A stretch of 64,000 nt of DNA from Thermodesulfobacteriota bacterium (GTDB lineage: Bacteria; Desulfobacterota; Desulfobacteria; Desulfobacterales; SURF-7): the NCBI GenBank assembly GCA_049320885.1, contig JBMORA010000022.1, positions 64,001 to 128,000 of the forward strand, in the 5' to 3' direction. Position numbers and translations under genes: made by a program. Positions 10,029 through 20,308 of the stretch are shown in pieces. The stretch's first letter is position 1, and the number at the start of each line of letters is the position of its first letter. The notes beneath the pieces were generated by a model that saw nothing but the letters and a program-made list of their open reading frames with translations, had not been told where the DNA came from and did no database searches.

Positions 10029-11581
10029 AACTGTCCCAGCTCACGGAAGAATTGTCGCCCAAAAAAATGATTCCGCCGGTCTCCGGCCACGGGGTGGTTT
10101 CCATGGATCCGGAAATCGAATCCATTCACTACCGCTCCAGCGAAGTCAGGCCGGGGGGCCTGTTTGTCGCGGTCCGGGGATTTGCCACCGACGGTCATGG
10201 GTACATTGAGGAGGCCATCAGCCGGGGGGCTGTCGCGATTGTGGCGGAGAGGCCCCTCGCGCTTCCCGTTGTGCTGGTGGAAGTGCCCAATTCCAGAAAG
10301 GCGCTGGCCGTCGTGGCGGATCGATATTACCAACGCCCTTCCGAAAAGCTGGTGGTGATCGCCGTAACCGGAACCAATGGCAAGACCACTACGGCATCCT
10401 TGATTGAGAGCATATTGCGGCAGGTCGGTTTCGAAACCGGCCTGATCAGCACGGTTTTTTGCCGTTATGCCGGCAAAACCCATGACAACCCCATGACAAC
10501 ACCGGAATCACTGGATCTGCAGTCCATTTTGGCGCGGATGCTGGCCAGCGGCGTCACCCATGTGGTCATGGAAGCATCTTCCCATGCCATTGATCTGTTT
10601 CGGATCCAGAATTGTCGTCTGGATGTGGCGGTATTCACCAATTTAAGCCAGGATCATCTCGATTTTCATGGCAACATGCAGGCGTATTGGCAGGCCAAGA
10701 AGCGATTGTTCACGGATTATCTGCCGGCAGGCGCTAAAGGGAACCGGGCAACGGCGGTCATCAACTGCAGCAGTGAAAAAGGCCGGGAGCTGTTCGCCCT
10801 GCTTTCCGGAAATGCCGGCGCGCCTCAGATCCTGGGAGTGGGGGGCGATCCGGGCCTCGATCTGCGGCCGCTTCATGCCGAGATCGGACTCGGGGGCATT
10901 TCCGGCACAATGGAAACACCGTCGGGGACCTTTGCATTTCATTCTCCCTTGGCGGGCGGCTACAATCTGGAAAACATCCTCTGCGCCGCCGGAGCGGGAT
11001 TCGCCTTGCATATCCCGCTGGAACGGATCCAGGCCGGTATCGAACGGTTCACTTCGGTGCCGGGAAGGCTGGAGGCGGTCCCTGATCGTTCCGGCCGCTT
11101 TGTTTTCATCGACTATGCGCATACGCCGGATGCGCTGGAAAATGTCCTGACCACGTTGCGGGCCGTTGCAACAGGACGGATCATTTGCATTTTCGGCTGT
11201 GGCGGGGACAGGGACAAAAGCAAACGCCCCCTGATGGGTAGAATCTCCATGGAGCATGCCGACTTGACCATTGTGACTTCTGATAATCCGCGCTCCGAGG
11301 AACCGCTGCGCATCATCGAGGATATCGTGAACGGCATTCGGCCGCTCGATCCTTATTCCTACGGCCCGGAAACACTTGAGAACGGTATTCCCCGCAGCGG
11401 TTTTCTGGTCGAACCGGATCGGCGGGAGGCCATCCGCAAAGGCATTCAGGCAGCTGTTCCCGGGGATACGGTATTGATCGCCGGCAAAGGGCATGAAAAA
11501 TATCAGATCGTGGGGAAACAGAAACTGCCTTTTGACGATTTTGCCATAGCTCAGCAGGTAATTGAGGTCGGTGATGCATAA
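10025..11581 (+). CDS. murE: UDP-MurNAc-dipeptide:meso-DAP ligase
   Basis: GTNGKTT, TTPES, DYAHTPD, DNPR (DAP specificity) and AGKGHE. Confidence 0.97.
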   Translation: MKLSQLTEELSPKKMIPPVSGHGVVSMDPEIESIHYRSSEVRPGGLFVAVRGFATDGHGYIEEAISRGAVAIVAERPLALPVVLVEVPNSRKALAVVADRYYQRPSEKLVVIAVTGTNGKTTTASLIESILRQVGFETGLISTVFCRYAGKTHDNPMTTPESLDLQSILARMLASGVTHVVMEASSHAIDLFRIQNCRLDVAVFTNLSQDHLDFHGNMQAYWQAKKRLFTDYLPAGAKGNRATAVINCSSEKGRELFALLSGNAGAPQILGVGGDPGLDLRPLHAEIGLGGISGTMETPSGTFAFHSPLAGGYNLENILCAAGAGFALHIPLERIQAGIERFTSVPGRLEAVPDRSGRFVFIDYAHTPDALENVLTTLRAVATGRIICIFGCGGDRDKSKRPLMGRISMEHADLTIVTSDNPRSEEPLRIIEDIVNGIRPLDPYSYGPETLENGIPRSGFLVEPDRREAIRKGIQAAVPGDTVLIAGKGHEKYQIVGKQKLPFDDFAIAQQVIEVGDA

Positions 11582-12983
11582 ACCCATTCCATGGACCGTG
11601 GAGGATGTACTGGAGGCCACCGGAGGCCGGCTGGTATCAGGGGATCGTTCCTGCTTTTTCGAAGGGATTTCCATTGATTCCCGAACGCTTGCCGCTAACG
11701 ATCTGTTTGTGGCGATCCGCGGCCAGAAACATGACGGCCACCAGTTTATTGAAAATGTCGTCGCCGCTGGTTGCCGCGGTATCATTGTGGAAAAGACGGC
11801 GGTGGAAAAACTGTCGCTGCCGCTTGACATGCGGCGGAACGGCATGTTCGTGGCGGTGACGGATACAACCCAGGCCCTGGCCGATCTGGCCGCCTACCAG
11901 CGCCGGCGATCCCAGGCGGCGGTTATCGGCATCACCGGCTCAAACGGCAAAACATCGACCAAGGAACTGACCATGGCCGTGTTCGGGCAGAAGTTTCCGA
12001 GTCTGGCCACGGCAGGCAATTTCAACAATGAAATCGGTCTGCCCTTGACGTTGCTGCGGCTGGGGTATCATCACCAGTGGGCCGTTCTGGAACTCGGTAT
12101 GAACCATCCGGGTGAAATCCGGGCATTGGCCCGGATTTGCAGTCCCGATATCGGTATCATCACCAATGTGGGCACCGCCCATCTCGAAGGCGTCGGATCC
12201 ATTGAGGGGGTGATGCAGGCCAAGGGCGAGCTGCTGGGGGAAATCAAGCGATCGGGTGTGGCGGTTCTGAACAGCGATGATCCCCGGGTGCGGCAATTGG
12301 CCGGCAGGGCGCATTCATCCGTGCTCCTCTATGGCACCGGCGATGAGGCGGACGTCCAAGGGCGTGATGTCCGTCAGGAAGGTCTGGGATATTCTTTTTC
12401 GTTGATGCTGCCGGATGGGGAAAGCACCGACATTCATCTGGCAAGCCCGGGCCGGTTCATGGTTTCAAACGCGCTGGCGGCCGCAACCGCGGGGTATGCG
12501 GCCGGGATCGATGCGGGAACCATCCGCAAGGGGCTGGAAAATTGTAAACCGGTCAAGGGGCGGCTGGGGCTGCTGCGAAGCACAAAAGGATTTAATATCA
12601 TTGATGATACATATAATGCAAATCCGGATTCGATGAAACAGGCCATCGCCACGCTGGCTGCCCTGAAAAAGGACCGGCGGGCGTTCCTGGCGCTCGGGGA
12701 TATGTATGAATTGGGTACGCAGGCGGCGGAATTGCACAAGACCGTCGGGGAATTTGCCGCCCGTTCCGGCATCGATCGACTGTATGTTATCGGAAATTTC
12801 GCGGAATATGTGGTCCAGGGGGCCTTGGAGGCCGGCATGGCGGCCGGGCGGATCCGCAGTGGCGATCCAGAGAGCCTGATCGAGGAAATGCGACGGGAAC
12901 TTCAACAGGATGAATGGGTTCTGGTGAAAGGCTCCCGGGCCATGAAAATGGAGACGGTGGTGCAGGGGTTGATGGCTTCCTGA
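11574..12983 (+). CDS. murF: UDP-MurNAc-tripeptide:D-Ala-D-Ala ligase
   Basis: GSNGKTSTK, NNEIGLP, DDTYNANP and KGSR; ATG at 11574 chosen for its RBS. Confidence 0.97.
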   Translation: MHKPIPWTVEDVLEATGGRLVSGDRSCFFEGISIDSRTLAANDLFVAIRGQKHDGHQFIENVVAAGCRGIIVEKTAVEKLSLPLDMRRNGMFVAVTDTTQALADLAAYQRRRSQAAVIGITGSNGKTSTKELTMAVFGQKFPSLATAGNFNNEIGLPLTLLRLGYHHQWAVLELGMNHPGEIRALARICSPDIGIITNVGTAHLEGVGSIEGVMQAKGELLGEIKRSGVAVLNSDDPRVRQLAGRAHSSVLLYGTGDEADVQGRDVRQEGLGYSFSLMLPDGESTDIHLASPGRFMVSNALAAATAGYAAGIDAGTIRKGLENCKPVKGRLGLLRSTKGFNIIDDTYNANPDSMKQAIATLAALKKDRRAFLALGDMYELGTQAAELHKTVGEFAARSGIDRLYVIGNFAEYVVQGALEAGMAAGRIRSGDPESLIEEMRRELQQDEWVLVKGSRAMKMETVVQGLMAS

Positions 12984-13013
12984 AAAAAAAAGCGTCTGGA
13001 TGTATTTTTTATA

Positions 13014-13026
13014 CAATATATAGTGG
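13014..13026. promoter_or_regulatory. NrdR-box-like motif in the murF-mraY intergenic gap
   Basis: CAATATATAGTGG, the reverse complement of the motif at 2302, in an AT-rich 123-bp gap. Confidence 0.35.
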
Positions 13027-13106
13027 ATTTTCGAATGACTTTCTACTATAGAGGGTTCTGACGGAGCAAAACTGATGGAAAACACGCACCAAGGAACGGC
13101 CGGCAG

Positions 13107-14186
13107 ATGATTTACCATTTCTTATATCCGCTGCATACGGTTGTAACGGCATTCAATGTATTCCGTTATATCACTTTTCGAACGATCTATGCCAGTTTGA
13201 CCGCGTTCCTGATATGTTTTTTCCTCGGTCCCTGGGTGATCCGGACCCTTGCCAAGCTTCAGATCGGCCAGTATGTGCGCAAAGACGGCCCCCAATCGCA
13301 TTTCGACAAGGCCGGCACCCCCACCATGGGCGGCCTGCTGATCATGGCGGCGGTTATCGCCGCCACCCTGTTATGGACGGATCTGGGAAATTTCTACATC
13401 TGGATCATCCTGCTGATTTCCGTGGGATTTACCGCCATTGGTTTCATGGACGATTATCTGATGCAGATCAAGAAACAAAGCAAGGGGTTGAGCGCGCGGG
13501 GCAAATTCTACCTGCAGGTGGTGGTTGCGCTGGCCTGTGCCGTTCTGCTGCAGTTCAACCCGGAATTCAACACCCGCGTCACCGTGCCGTTTTTCAAAAC
13601 CATATCCCCGGATCTGGGCTATGGATATATCCTGTTTGCCGTTTTCGTGATCGTCGGCACTTCCAATGCCGTCAACCTCACCGATGGATTGGACGGCCTG
13701 GCCATCGGCCCGGTCTTGATTTCAGCGGTCACCTATATGGTATTCGCTTACCTGGCGGGACACGCCAGGATGGCAACTTATCTCCAGATCCCCCATGTTC
13801 CCGGCTCCGGCGAAATCACGGTATTTTGCGGCGCGCTTGCCGGGGCAGCCCTGGGATTTTTGTGGTTCAATACCTATCCGGCGCAGATTTTCATGGGCGA
13901 CGTCGGTTCCCTGCCCTTGGGAGCCATCCTGGGAACGGTCGCGGTCATCACCAAACAGGAAATATTGCTGGTCATTGTCGGCGGACTTTTCGTGGTGGAG
14001 GCGCTTTCGGTTATTTTTCAGGTCGGTTTTTTCAAGATGACCAACGGCCGGCGAATCTTCCGGATGGCGCCGCTGCATCATCATTTTGAATTGAAAGGCT
14101 GGCCGGAACCGAAAGTCATCGTCCGGTTTTGGATCATCGCCATCGCCCTGGCGTTGATCTCCATGAGCACCCTGAAATTGCGGTAA
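13107..14186 (+). CDS. mraY: Phospho-MurNAc-pentapeptide transferase
   Basis: [27 protein letters not shown] and MAPLHHHFE. Confidence 0.98.
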   Translation: MIYHFLYPLHTVVTAFNVFRYITFRTIYASLTAFLICFFLGPWVIRTLAKLQIGQYVRKDGPQSHFDKAGTPTMGGLLIMAAVIAATLLWTDLGNFYIWIILLISVGFTAIGFMDDYLMQIKKQSKGLSARGKFYLQVVVALACAVLLQFNPEFNTRVTVPFFKTISPDLGYGYILFAVFVIVGTSNAVNLTDGLDGLAIGPVLISAVTYMVFAYLAGHARMATYLQIPHVPGSGEITVFCGALAGAALGFLWFNTYPAQIFMGDVGSLPLGAILGTVAVITKQEILLVIVGGLFVVEALSVIFQVGFFKMTNGRRIFRMAPLHHHFELKGWPEPKVIVRFWIIAIALALISMSTLKLR

Positions 14187-14193
14187 CGGCATC

Positions 14194-15567
14194 ATGACAG
14201 GGATGAAGGAATTGGCAGGCAGGAAGATCGTCATAGCGGGACTGGGCAAATCCGGTCAGGGGGCCGCCGTTTTCCTGAGCGGCCTCGGAGCTGATTTGAC
14301 GGTGACGGATATGGCTTCTTCCGACCAGCTGGCGAAAAGCCTGCAGCCGCTTCGCGCTGCCGGCATCCGGATGGAGTTGGGGGGGCATCGGACCGAAACA
14401 TTCACCGGAGCGGACCTGATTGTGTTGAGTCCCGGCGTTCCCCACACCATCGAGCCGGTTCGGGAGGCGCTGAAAAAAGGGATTCCGGTTTGGGGGGAGG
14501 TCGAACTGGCATCGCGGTTTATCGAGGAGCCGCTGGTGGCGATTACGGGCACCAACGGCAAAACCACCACGACGGAGCTGATCGGCGCCATGCTTTCCGC
14601 GTCCGGTTTGAAGCCGTTTGTGGGCGGCAATATCGGGACACCCCTGATCGAATATGTCATGAGAAAGGAAAAAGCCGACTTGGTGGTTGCCGAAATCAGC
14701 AGTTTTCAACTCGACACCATTGAGCGGTTTTCTCCGCGGGTGGCGGTATTGTTGAATGTTACGGCGGATCATCTGGATCGCTATGCCGGAATGGCGGAGT
14801 ACGCCGCCTCCAAGGCGCGGATTTTTGAAAATCAGCTGCCGACGGATACGGCTGTATTGAACGCGGGCGACGAATGGGTCCGGATGGTGACGAAGCCGAT
14901 AGCCTCCCGGAAAATGTATTTCGGCGGAGAGCCGCGGGGCGCCGACAATGCGCTGATAACGAAAGATAAAATCGTCATCGGGCTCCAGGGCGGCCAGTCC
15001 GGTTCCATTGACCTCGGCAGCGTTTCCCTGAAGGGGCGGCACAATCATGAAAACATCGCCGCCGCTGCTCTGGCTGCACTTGCGGCCGGCGGGAACATGG
15101 ACGGCATCCGGTCGGCCCTGAAGGAATACCGGGGGCTTGCCCACCGCCTGGAGCTGGTGGGCCGGAAAGCGGGCGTGGATTATTATGACGACTCCAAGGC
15201 CACCAATGTGGACGCGGTGGTGCGGGCGGTGGAGAGTTTCCGGGGTGATCTGATCCTCATCATGGGCGGCAGGGACAAGGGCGGCGAATATACGCCGCTG
15301 GAAGCCCCCGTGCGGGAAAAAGTCAAGCTCCTGATCGTCCTGGGGGAGGCGTCGGCGAAAATTCAATCGGCACTGGGACATCTGACCGATACCCGCAAGG
15401 TCGTTTCCATGGAAGAGGCGGTGGCCATGGCCCATGGCGCCGCCGGGCCGGGCGACACCGTGCTGCTGTCACCGGCATGTTCCAGTTTCGATATGTTTGA
15501 CAGCTACGCCCACCGGGGAGATGTTTTCCGTCGGGCGGTGGCGGGGATACAGGAGGTGGTTGCGTGA
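14194..15567 (+). CDS. murD: UDP-MurNAc-L-Ala:D-Glu ligase
   Basis: GLGKSG, SPGVP, GTNGKTTT, DDSKATN and LSPACSSFD. Confidence 0.97.
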   Translation: MTGMKELAGRKIVIAGLGKSGQGAAVFLSGLGADLTVTDMASSDQLAKSLQPLRAAGIRMELGGHRTETFTGADLIVLSPGVPHTIEPVREALKKGIPVWGEVELASRFIEEPLVAITGTNGKTTTTELIGAMLSASGLKPFVGGNIGTPLIEYVMRKEKADLVVAEISSFQLDTIERFSPRVAVLLNVTADHLDRYAGMAEYAASKARIFENQLPTDTAVLNAGDEWVRMVTKPIASRKMYFGGEPRGADNALITKDKIVIGLQGGQSGSIDLGSVSLKGRHNHENIAAAALAALAAGGNMDGIRSALKEYRGLAHRLELVGRKAGVDYYDDSKATNVDAVVRAVESFRGDLILIMGGRDKGGEYTPLEAPVREKVKLLIVLGEASAKIQSALGHLTDTRKVVSMEEAVAMAHGAAGPGDTVLLSPACSSFDMFDSYAHRGDVFRRAVAGIQEVVA

Positions 15568-16679
15568 GCAAGGAAAGCAAGAAGACCATTTCCTTCGCGT
15601 ATGACGTGACCCTGCTGTTTCCAGTGTTGTTTCTGGTGGGCATCGGCGTGGTCATGGTCTACAGCTCCAGTTCGGCATTGGCGATGAAGAAATACGGCAA
15701 TGACTATTATTTTCTGGAGCGGCAGTTGTCCTTTGCCATATTGGGAATTATCGCTCTTGTCATTTGCCGCTATGTGCCGTACCGGTATTACCAGCATCTG
15801 TCCTATGTTTTCCTGCTGCTGGCGATCCTGCTGCTGATCGCCGTGCAATTTTCCGGCATCGCCTACTCCGCCGGAGGGGCCCAGCGATGGCTGCGGTTCA
15901 TGGGGATCTCGTTTCAACCCTCCGAATTCGCCCGTTTCGCCATGATTATCTATCTGGCGTATTCCCTCAGCAAGAAACGGAACAACATCCATGTTTTTTC
16001 CATCGGTTTCGTGCCCCATGTCGCGGTACTTGGCCTTCTGGCCGTATTGATCCTGCTGCAACCGGACTTCGGATCTGTGGCGATTCTCTGTGCCCTGACC
16101 TGGATCATGCTGTTTGTCGGCGGCGTGAGATTCGTACACCTGCTTTCGGGGTTGCTGGTGGCGCTGCCGCTGGGCTATTACGTTTTGTTCAATTCCGAAT
16201 ACCGCATGAAGCGGATACTCAGTTATCTCGATCCCTGGCAATACCCGGCCGATGAGGGGTATCAGATCATCCATTCCCTGATGGCCTTCGGGACGGGCGG
16301 GATATGGGGGACCGGAATCGGGCAGGGATATCAGAAATTGTTCTATCTTCCGGAACCGCATACGGATTTCATTTTTTCCGTTATTGGGGAAGAACTCGGA
16401 CTGTGGGGCGTATCGGTCATCCTGGTTCTGTTTTTGATCCTGCTCTGGCGCGGGGTGGTGATCGCCAAAAACACGGAAAACCTGTTCGGAGCCTTTCTGG
16501 CCGTCGGCCTGACCACTGCGGTCGGCCTTCAGGTCTGCGTCAATATGGGCGTCACTGTCGGTTTGTTGCCGACCAAGGGTCTTACCCTGCCATTTTTGAG
16601 TTACGGCGGCAGTTCATTGCTGGTCAACATGGCTTGTATCGGGATTCTGATGAACATAGGGGCGGCAAAAACGACATGA
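15564..16679 (+). CDS. ftsW: SEDS peptidoglycan glycosyltransferase FtsW
   Basis: Multi-TM protein; QPSEF, QPDFG, LPEPHTDFIF and LPFLSYGGSS. Confidence 0.97.
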   Translation: MSKESKKTISFAYDVTLLFPVLFLVGIGVVMVYSSSSALAMKKYGNDYYFLERQLSFAILGIIALVICRYVPYRYYQHLSYVFLLLAILLLIAVQFSGIAYSAGGAQRWLRFMGISFQPSEFARFAMIIYLAYSLSKKRNNIHVFSIGFVPHVAVLGLLAVLILLQPDFGSVAILCALTWIMLFVGGVRFVHLLSGLLVALPLGYYVLFNSEYRMKRILSYLDPWQYPADEGYQIIHSLMAFGTGGIWGTGIGQGYQKLFYLPEPHTDFIFSVIGEELGLWGVSVILVLFLILLWRGVVIAKNTENLFGAFLAVGLTTAVGLQVCVNMGVTVGLLPTKGLTLPFLSYGGSSLLVNMACIGILMNIGAAKTT

Positions 16680-17959
16680 AAAAAATGCCATTCCATTCGC
16701 TTATGTCCGAGACGGAAGGGTTCGCGCGGCATCAATGGGGATACCAGCAGGGGGGATACCAGCAGGGGGAATACCAGTTGGAAGCCTACCGGCCTTTCAC
16801 CGCCATTGGGTTGTTCGGGGCGGCGGCGAGCGAAAAAACCGCGTCCGAACCCTTTACGATTCTCATGGCCGGGGGGATAACCGGCGGACATCTTTTTCCG
16901 GGCATCGCCATTGCGGAAGCTTTTTGCGAGAAGAATTCCGCCCATCGGATTGTCTTTGTCAGCGTCGGCAATCCGTTTGAACGTGCCGTATTGGGGAAGA
17001 CGATGTTTGAAACCCGTTGGGTCCGGATCGAAGGCATCAAGGGGCGGAGTGTCTGGCGGAAGCTCAAGGCGGTTGCGAAAATTCCGGGCTGCATTCTGGA
17101 GTCGGCCGGGATCATCCGGGAATGCCGGCCGCGGCTGGTCATCGGACTGGGGGGCTTTTCATCCGGACCGGTGGTGGTCGCCGCCAGGCTCCTCGGCATC
17201 CCGGTGGTGCTCCACGAGCAGAATATACTGCCGGGAATCACCAACCGGCTGCTGGCCCGTTTCGCCCGCCGGGTATATGTATCCTTTCCGAATACGAAAA
17301 TTGCCGTCAGGGGCGATTCCATCCGCTTGACCGGCAATCCGGTTCGCCGGGATATTCTGGCCAGCGGTGATCTCCCGCCGGAAGCCGCGGAGCCGGCTGT
17401 ATCGAAAACGGAAAAGCGGTTCACGGTGCTGGTGCTTGGCGGCAGCCAGGGGGCGCACCGGATCAATATGGCGGTGATTGAAGCCTTGGGGATGCTGCGG
17501 AATCCCGCCGATTACTGTTTCATCCACCAGACAGGGGAGGCGGATGAAGGCCTGGTCAAGGGCGCCTATATGGGCCACGGCATTACGGCGGATGTGCGGG
17601 CGTTTTTTCATGGGCTGGCCGATCAGTACCGCCAGGCCGATCTGATCATCTGCCGGGCCGGGGCAACCACCATAGCGGAAATCACGGCGATCGGAAAGCC
17701 GGCCGTTTTCATCCCCTATCCGTATGCGGCGGACGACCACCAGTTATGGAATGCCAGGGCCCTGGCCGACCATGGGGCCGCCGATGTCCTGATTGAAAAG
17801 GAATTGTGCGGGGCAGCGATCGCCGAAAAAATAGATGGCTGGTTATCCCGTCCGGAGCGTCTCGAGCAGATGGCGATCCTCTCGAGAAAGATGGGCAGGC
17901 CGAATGCGGCGGAGGATATTGTCGCGGATTGTTATGAATTGCTGAATGGTTCGGAATAA
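16676..17959 (+). CDS. murG: Lipid II GlcNAc transferase MurG with an N-terminal extension
   Basis: TGGHLFPG, HEQN, GNPVR, GGSQGA and RAGATT; ATG overlaps the ftsW stop (ATGA). Confidence 0.93.
   Translation: MKKMPFHSLMSETEGFARHQWGYQQGGYQQGEYQLEAYRPFTAIGLFGAAASEKTASEPFTILMAGGITGGHLFPGIAIAEAFCEKNSAHRIVFVSVGNPFERAVLGKTMFETRWVRIEGIKGRSVWRKLKAVAKIPGCILESAGIIRECRPRLVIGLGGFSSGPVVVAARLLGIPVVLHEQNILPGITNRLLARFARRVYVSFPNTKIAVRGDSIRLTGNPVRRDILASGDLPPEAAEPAVSKTEKRFTVLVLGGSQGAHRINMAVIEALGMLRNPADYCFIHQTGEADEGLVKGAYMGHGITADVRAFFHGLADQYRQADLIICRAGATTIAEITAIGKPAVFIPYPYAADDHQLWNARALADHGAADVLIEKELCGAAIAEKIDGWLSRPERLEQMAILSRKMGRPNAAEDIVADCYELLNGSE
16737..16781 (+). repeat. 15-bp in-frame tandem repeat (3 copies) in the 5' end of murG
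   Basis: ggggataccagcagg twice, then gggaataccagttgg; encodes GYQQG-GYQQG-EYQLE. Confidence 0.85.
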
Positions 17960-17965
17960 GACGGG

Positions 17966-19348
17966 ATGTATTTAAAAACCTATCACATATTTTTTGTCGG
18001 CATCGGCGGCATCGGCATGAGCGGGATCGCGGAATTGTTGCTGAACCTGGGGTATAAGGTTTCCGGCTCCGATATCCGCTCCTCGGACATCACCAGGCGT
18101 CTTCAGCGGCTCGGCGGCACCATTTATGAAGGGCATGCCGGTCATCAGATCCAGGGGGCGGATGTGGTGGTCACGTCTTCCGCCATCGGACCGGGCAATC
18201 CGGAAGTGACGGCGGCCCGCAAGGCGGCCATTCCGGTGATCCCCCGCGCGGAAATGCTGGCTGAATTGATGCGTATCAAATACAGCATCGCGGTGGCCGG
18301 AGCCCATGGAAAAACCTCAACGACTTCGATCATCGCGGCCGTGCTGGCCCAGGGAGGTCTCGACCCCACGGTGGTCATCGGCGGCAAGCTGAAAAGCATC
18401 GACACCAATGCCGTCCTGGGCGGCGGGGAATTCATCGTGGCGGAGGCCGACGAGAGCGACGGCTCATTCCTGAAATACAGCCCGGCCATCGCCGTGGTGA
18501 CCAATATCGACCGGGAGCATCTGGATTTCTATCCGGACCTTCCCGCCATCAAAAAGGTGTTTGTCGATTTCATCGACCGGATTCCCTTTTACGGCTTGGC
18601 GGTGCTTTGTCTCGATAATGAATCGATTCAGGATCTGATTCCAGCGGTAAAAAAACGGTTCACGACCTACGGCCTGAACACCCAGGCGGATTTGCAGGCC
18701 AGACAGGTCAGCCATAAAGGGCCGACCAGTCAATTTACCCTGATTCATCGCGGCCGCCCGCTGGGAGAAATCCTGCTCAACCTGCCGGGAACCCATAATG
18801 TCCAGAACGCCATGGCCAGCATCGCCGTCGGGCTGGAGCTGGGGATTCCGTTTCCGACCATCAAAGCCGCACTTGAAACGCTGCCGGGCGTTCGACGGAG
18901 AATGGAGATCAAGGGCGAGGGGCACGGCATCACCGTCATGGATGATTACGGGCATCACCCCACGGAAATCAAAAGCACTTTGAGCGCGATCCGACAAAGC
19001 TGGCCCCATAAGCGTCTGGTGGTTGTTTTCCAGCCGCATCGATACACCAGAACCCGGGCCCTCTTCGATGAATTCACCCGCGCGTTTTATCAATCGGACT
19101 CCCTGGTGGTGCTGCCGATTTATGCCGCCGGCGAGGAACCGATTCCGGGGGTCGAAGCCGGGCGACTGTTTGAAAACATCCGCGATCATGGACATAAGGA
19201 TGTGATTTATTTCGGGGAGCCGGCTGCGGCCGTCCCCTATTTGATGAAAACACTGAAGCAGGGGGATATATTGCTGACACTGGGGGCGGGTGATGTCTGG
19301 AAACTCGGCGAGCAGCTGTTGCAACAGTTAGCCGGCGCCAACGAATGA
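17966..19348 (+). CDS. murC: UDP-MurNAc:L-Ala ligase
   Basis: GIGGIGMSG, GAHGKTSTT, EADESD, DDYGHHPTE and FQPHRYTR. Confidence 0.98.
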   Translation: MYLKTYHIFFVGIGGIGMSGIAELLLNLGYKVSGSDIRSSDITRRLQRLGGTIYEGHAGHQIQGADVVVTSSAIGPGNPEVTAARKAAIPVIPRAEMLAELMRIKYSIAVAGAHGKTSTTSIIAAVLAQGGLDPTVVIGGKLKSIDTNAVLGGGEFIVAEADESDGSFLKYSPAIAVVTNIDREHLDFYPDLPAIKKVFVDFIDRIPFYGLAVLCLDNESIQDLIPAVKKRFTTYGLNTQADLQARQVSHKGPTSQFTLIHRGRPLGEILLNLPGTHNVQNAMASIAVGLELGIPFPTIKAALETLPGVRRRMEIKGEGHGITVMDDYGHHPTEIKSTLSAIRQSWPHKRLVVVFQPHRYTRTRALFDEFTRAFYQSDSLVVLPIYAAGEEPIPGVEAGRLFENIRDHGHKDVIYFGEPAAAVPYLMKTLKQGDILLTLGAGDVWKLGEQLLQQLAGANE

Positions 19349-19357
19349 GAAAACGCC

Positions 19358-20308
19358 ATGGGTTTTTCGGAACGGCAGAAAAAATGGCTGACCGGTCTCG
19401 TGGGGCCGCGAGCGGTCTTCGACGAACCCATGAAACGGCATACGTCCTTTCGGGTGGGCGGAAAAGCCGAGGCGCTGGTCATAGCGGCGGATGTTTCGGA
19501 GTTGGTTCAGCTGCTTTCCTTCTCGCGGGATAGCGGACAACCCTATTTCGTCATCGGTGCCGGCACCAACCTGCTGGTGAGGGACGAGGGGATCAGGGGG
19601 CTGGTGATTGCCGTGACCAAGGCAATGGGAAAAATCGACCGGGAACCGGAAAACGGTACGGATGTGATCGTGAACGCAATGGCGGGGGCGAGCTTGAAAT
19701 CTCTTTGTCGATATGCCGCGGATGCCGGGCTTTCCGGCATCAATTTCGCAACCGGCATCCCCGGCACCGTGGGCGGCGCTCTCCGCATGAACGCCGGCAC
19801 GACAGCCGGCGCGGTGGGCGATATCGTGATCGGAATAACCGCGCTGTTGCCCGGGGGGGAGATCCGGATGCTGACCCGGGAATCCCTCGGCTTCGCGTAC
19901 CGGAGAATGCAATGGCCGGCCGGCTGCATGGGGAAGGAGTCCGCGTCACCGCCGATCATCATCGACGCCCGCTTCCGGCTGGTCCCCGGAGATTCCACGG
20001 CCATCAAGGCGGAAGCGAAGGCCTTGTGGACGGAGCGGAAACGGAAGCAGCCGTTGAATCGCCCCAGCGCCGGATGCATTTTCAAAAATCCGTCCCCGGA
20101 GACGCCGGCCGGCATGCTCATTGAAAAGGCCGGCCTCAAGGGAAAGCAATCCGGGGGAGCCCGGGTTTCGGACCTGCATGCCAATTTCATTGTGAATGAG
20201 GGGGACGCCAGCGCCGCCGATATTCTGCGGTTGATGGAAATCGTTCAGGAGACCGTTTGGAAGCGATACAACATCCGACTGGAGCCGGAGGTTCAAATTG
20301 TCGGGTAG
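19358..20308 (+). CDS. murB: UDP-GlcNAc-enolpyruvate reductase
   Basis: HTSFRVGG, GIPGTVGGA..MNAG, SAGCIFKNP and HANFIVN. Confidence 0.97.
   Translation: MGFSERQKKWLTGLVGPRAVFDEPMKRHTSFRVGGKAEALVIAADVSELVQLLSFSRDSGQPYFVIGAGTNLLVRDEGIRGLVIAVTKAMGKIDREPENGTDVIVNAMAGASLKSLCRYAADAGLSGINFATGIPGTVGGALRMNAGTTAGAVGDIVIGITALLPGGEIRMLTRESLGFAYRRMQWPAGCMGKESASPPIIIDARFRLVPGDSTAIKAEAKALWTERKRKQPLNRPSAGCIFKNPSPETPAGMLIEKAGLKGKQSGGARVSDLHANFIVNEGDASAADILRLMEIVQETVWKRYNIRLEPEVQIVG

Noticed and set aside
16304..16675. Extended MurG start in the ORF track
   Set aside because: Lies inside ftsW; ATG 16676 is coupled to the ftsW stop.
20298..20308. Absence of ddl between murB and ftsQ
   Set aside because: ddl is often located outside the dcw cluster; not unusual on its own.
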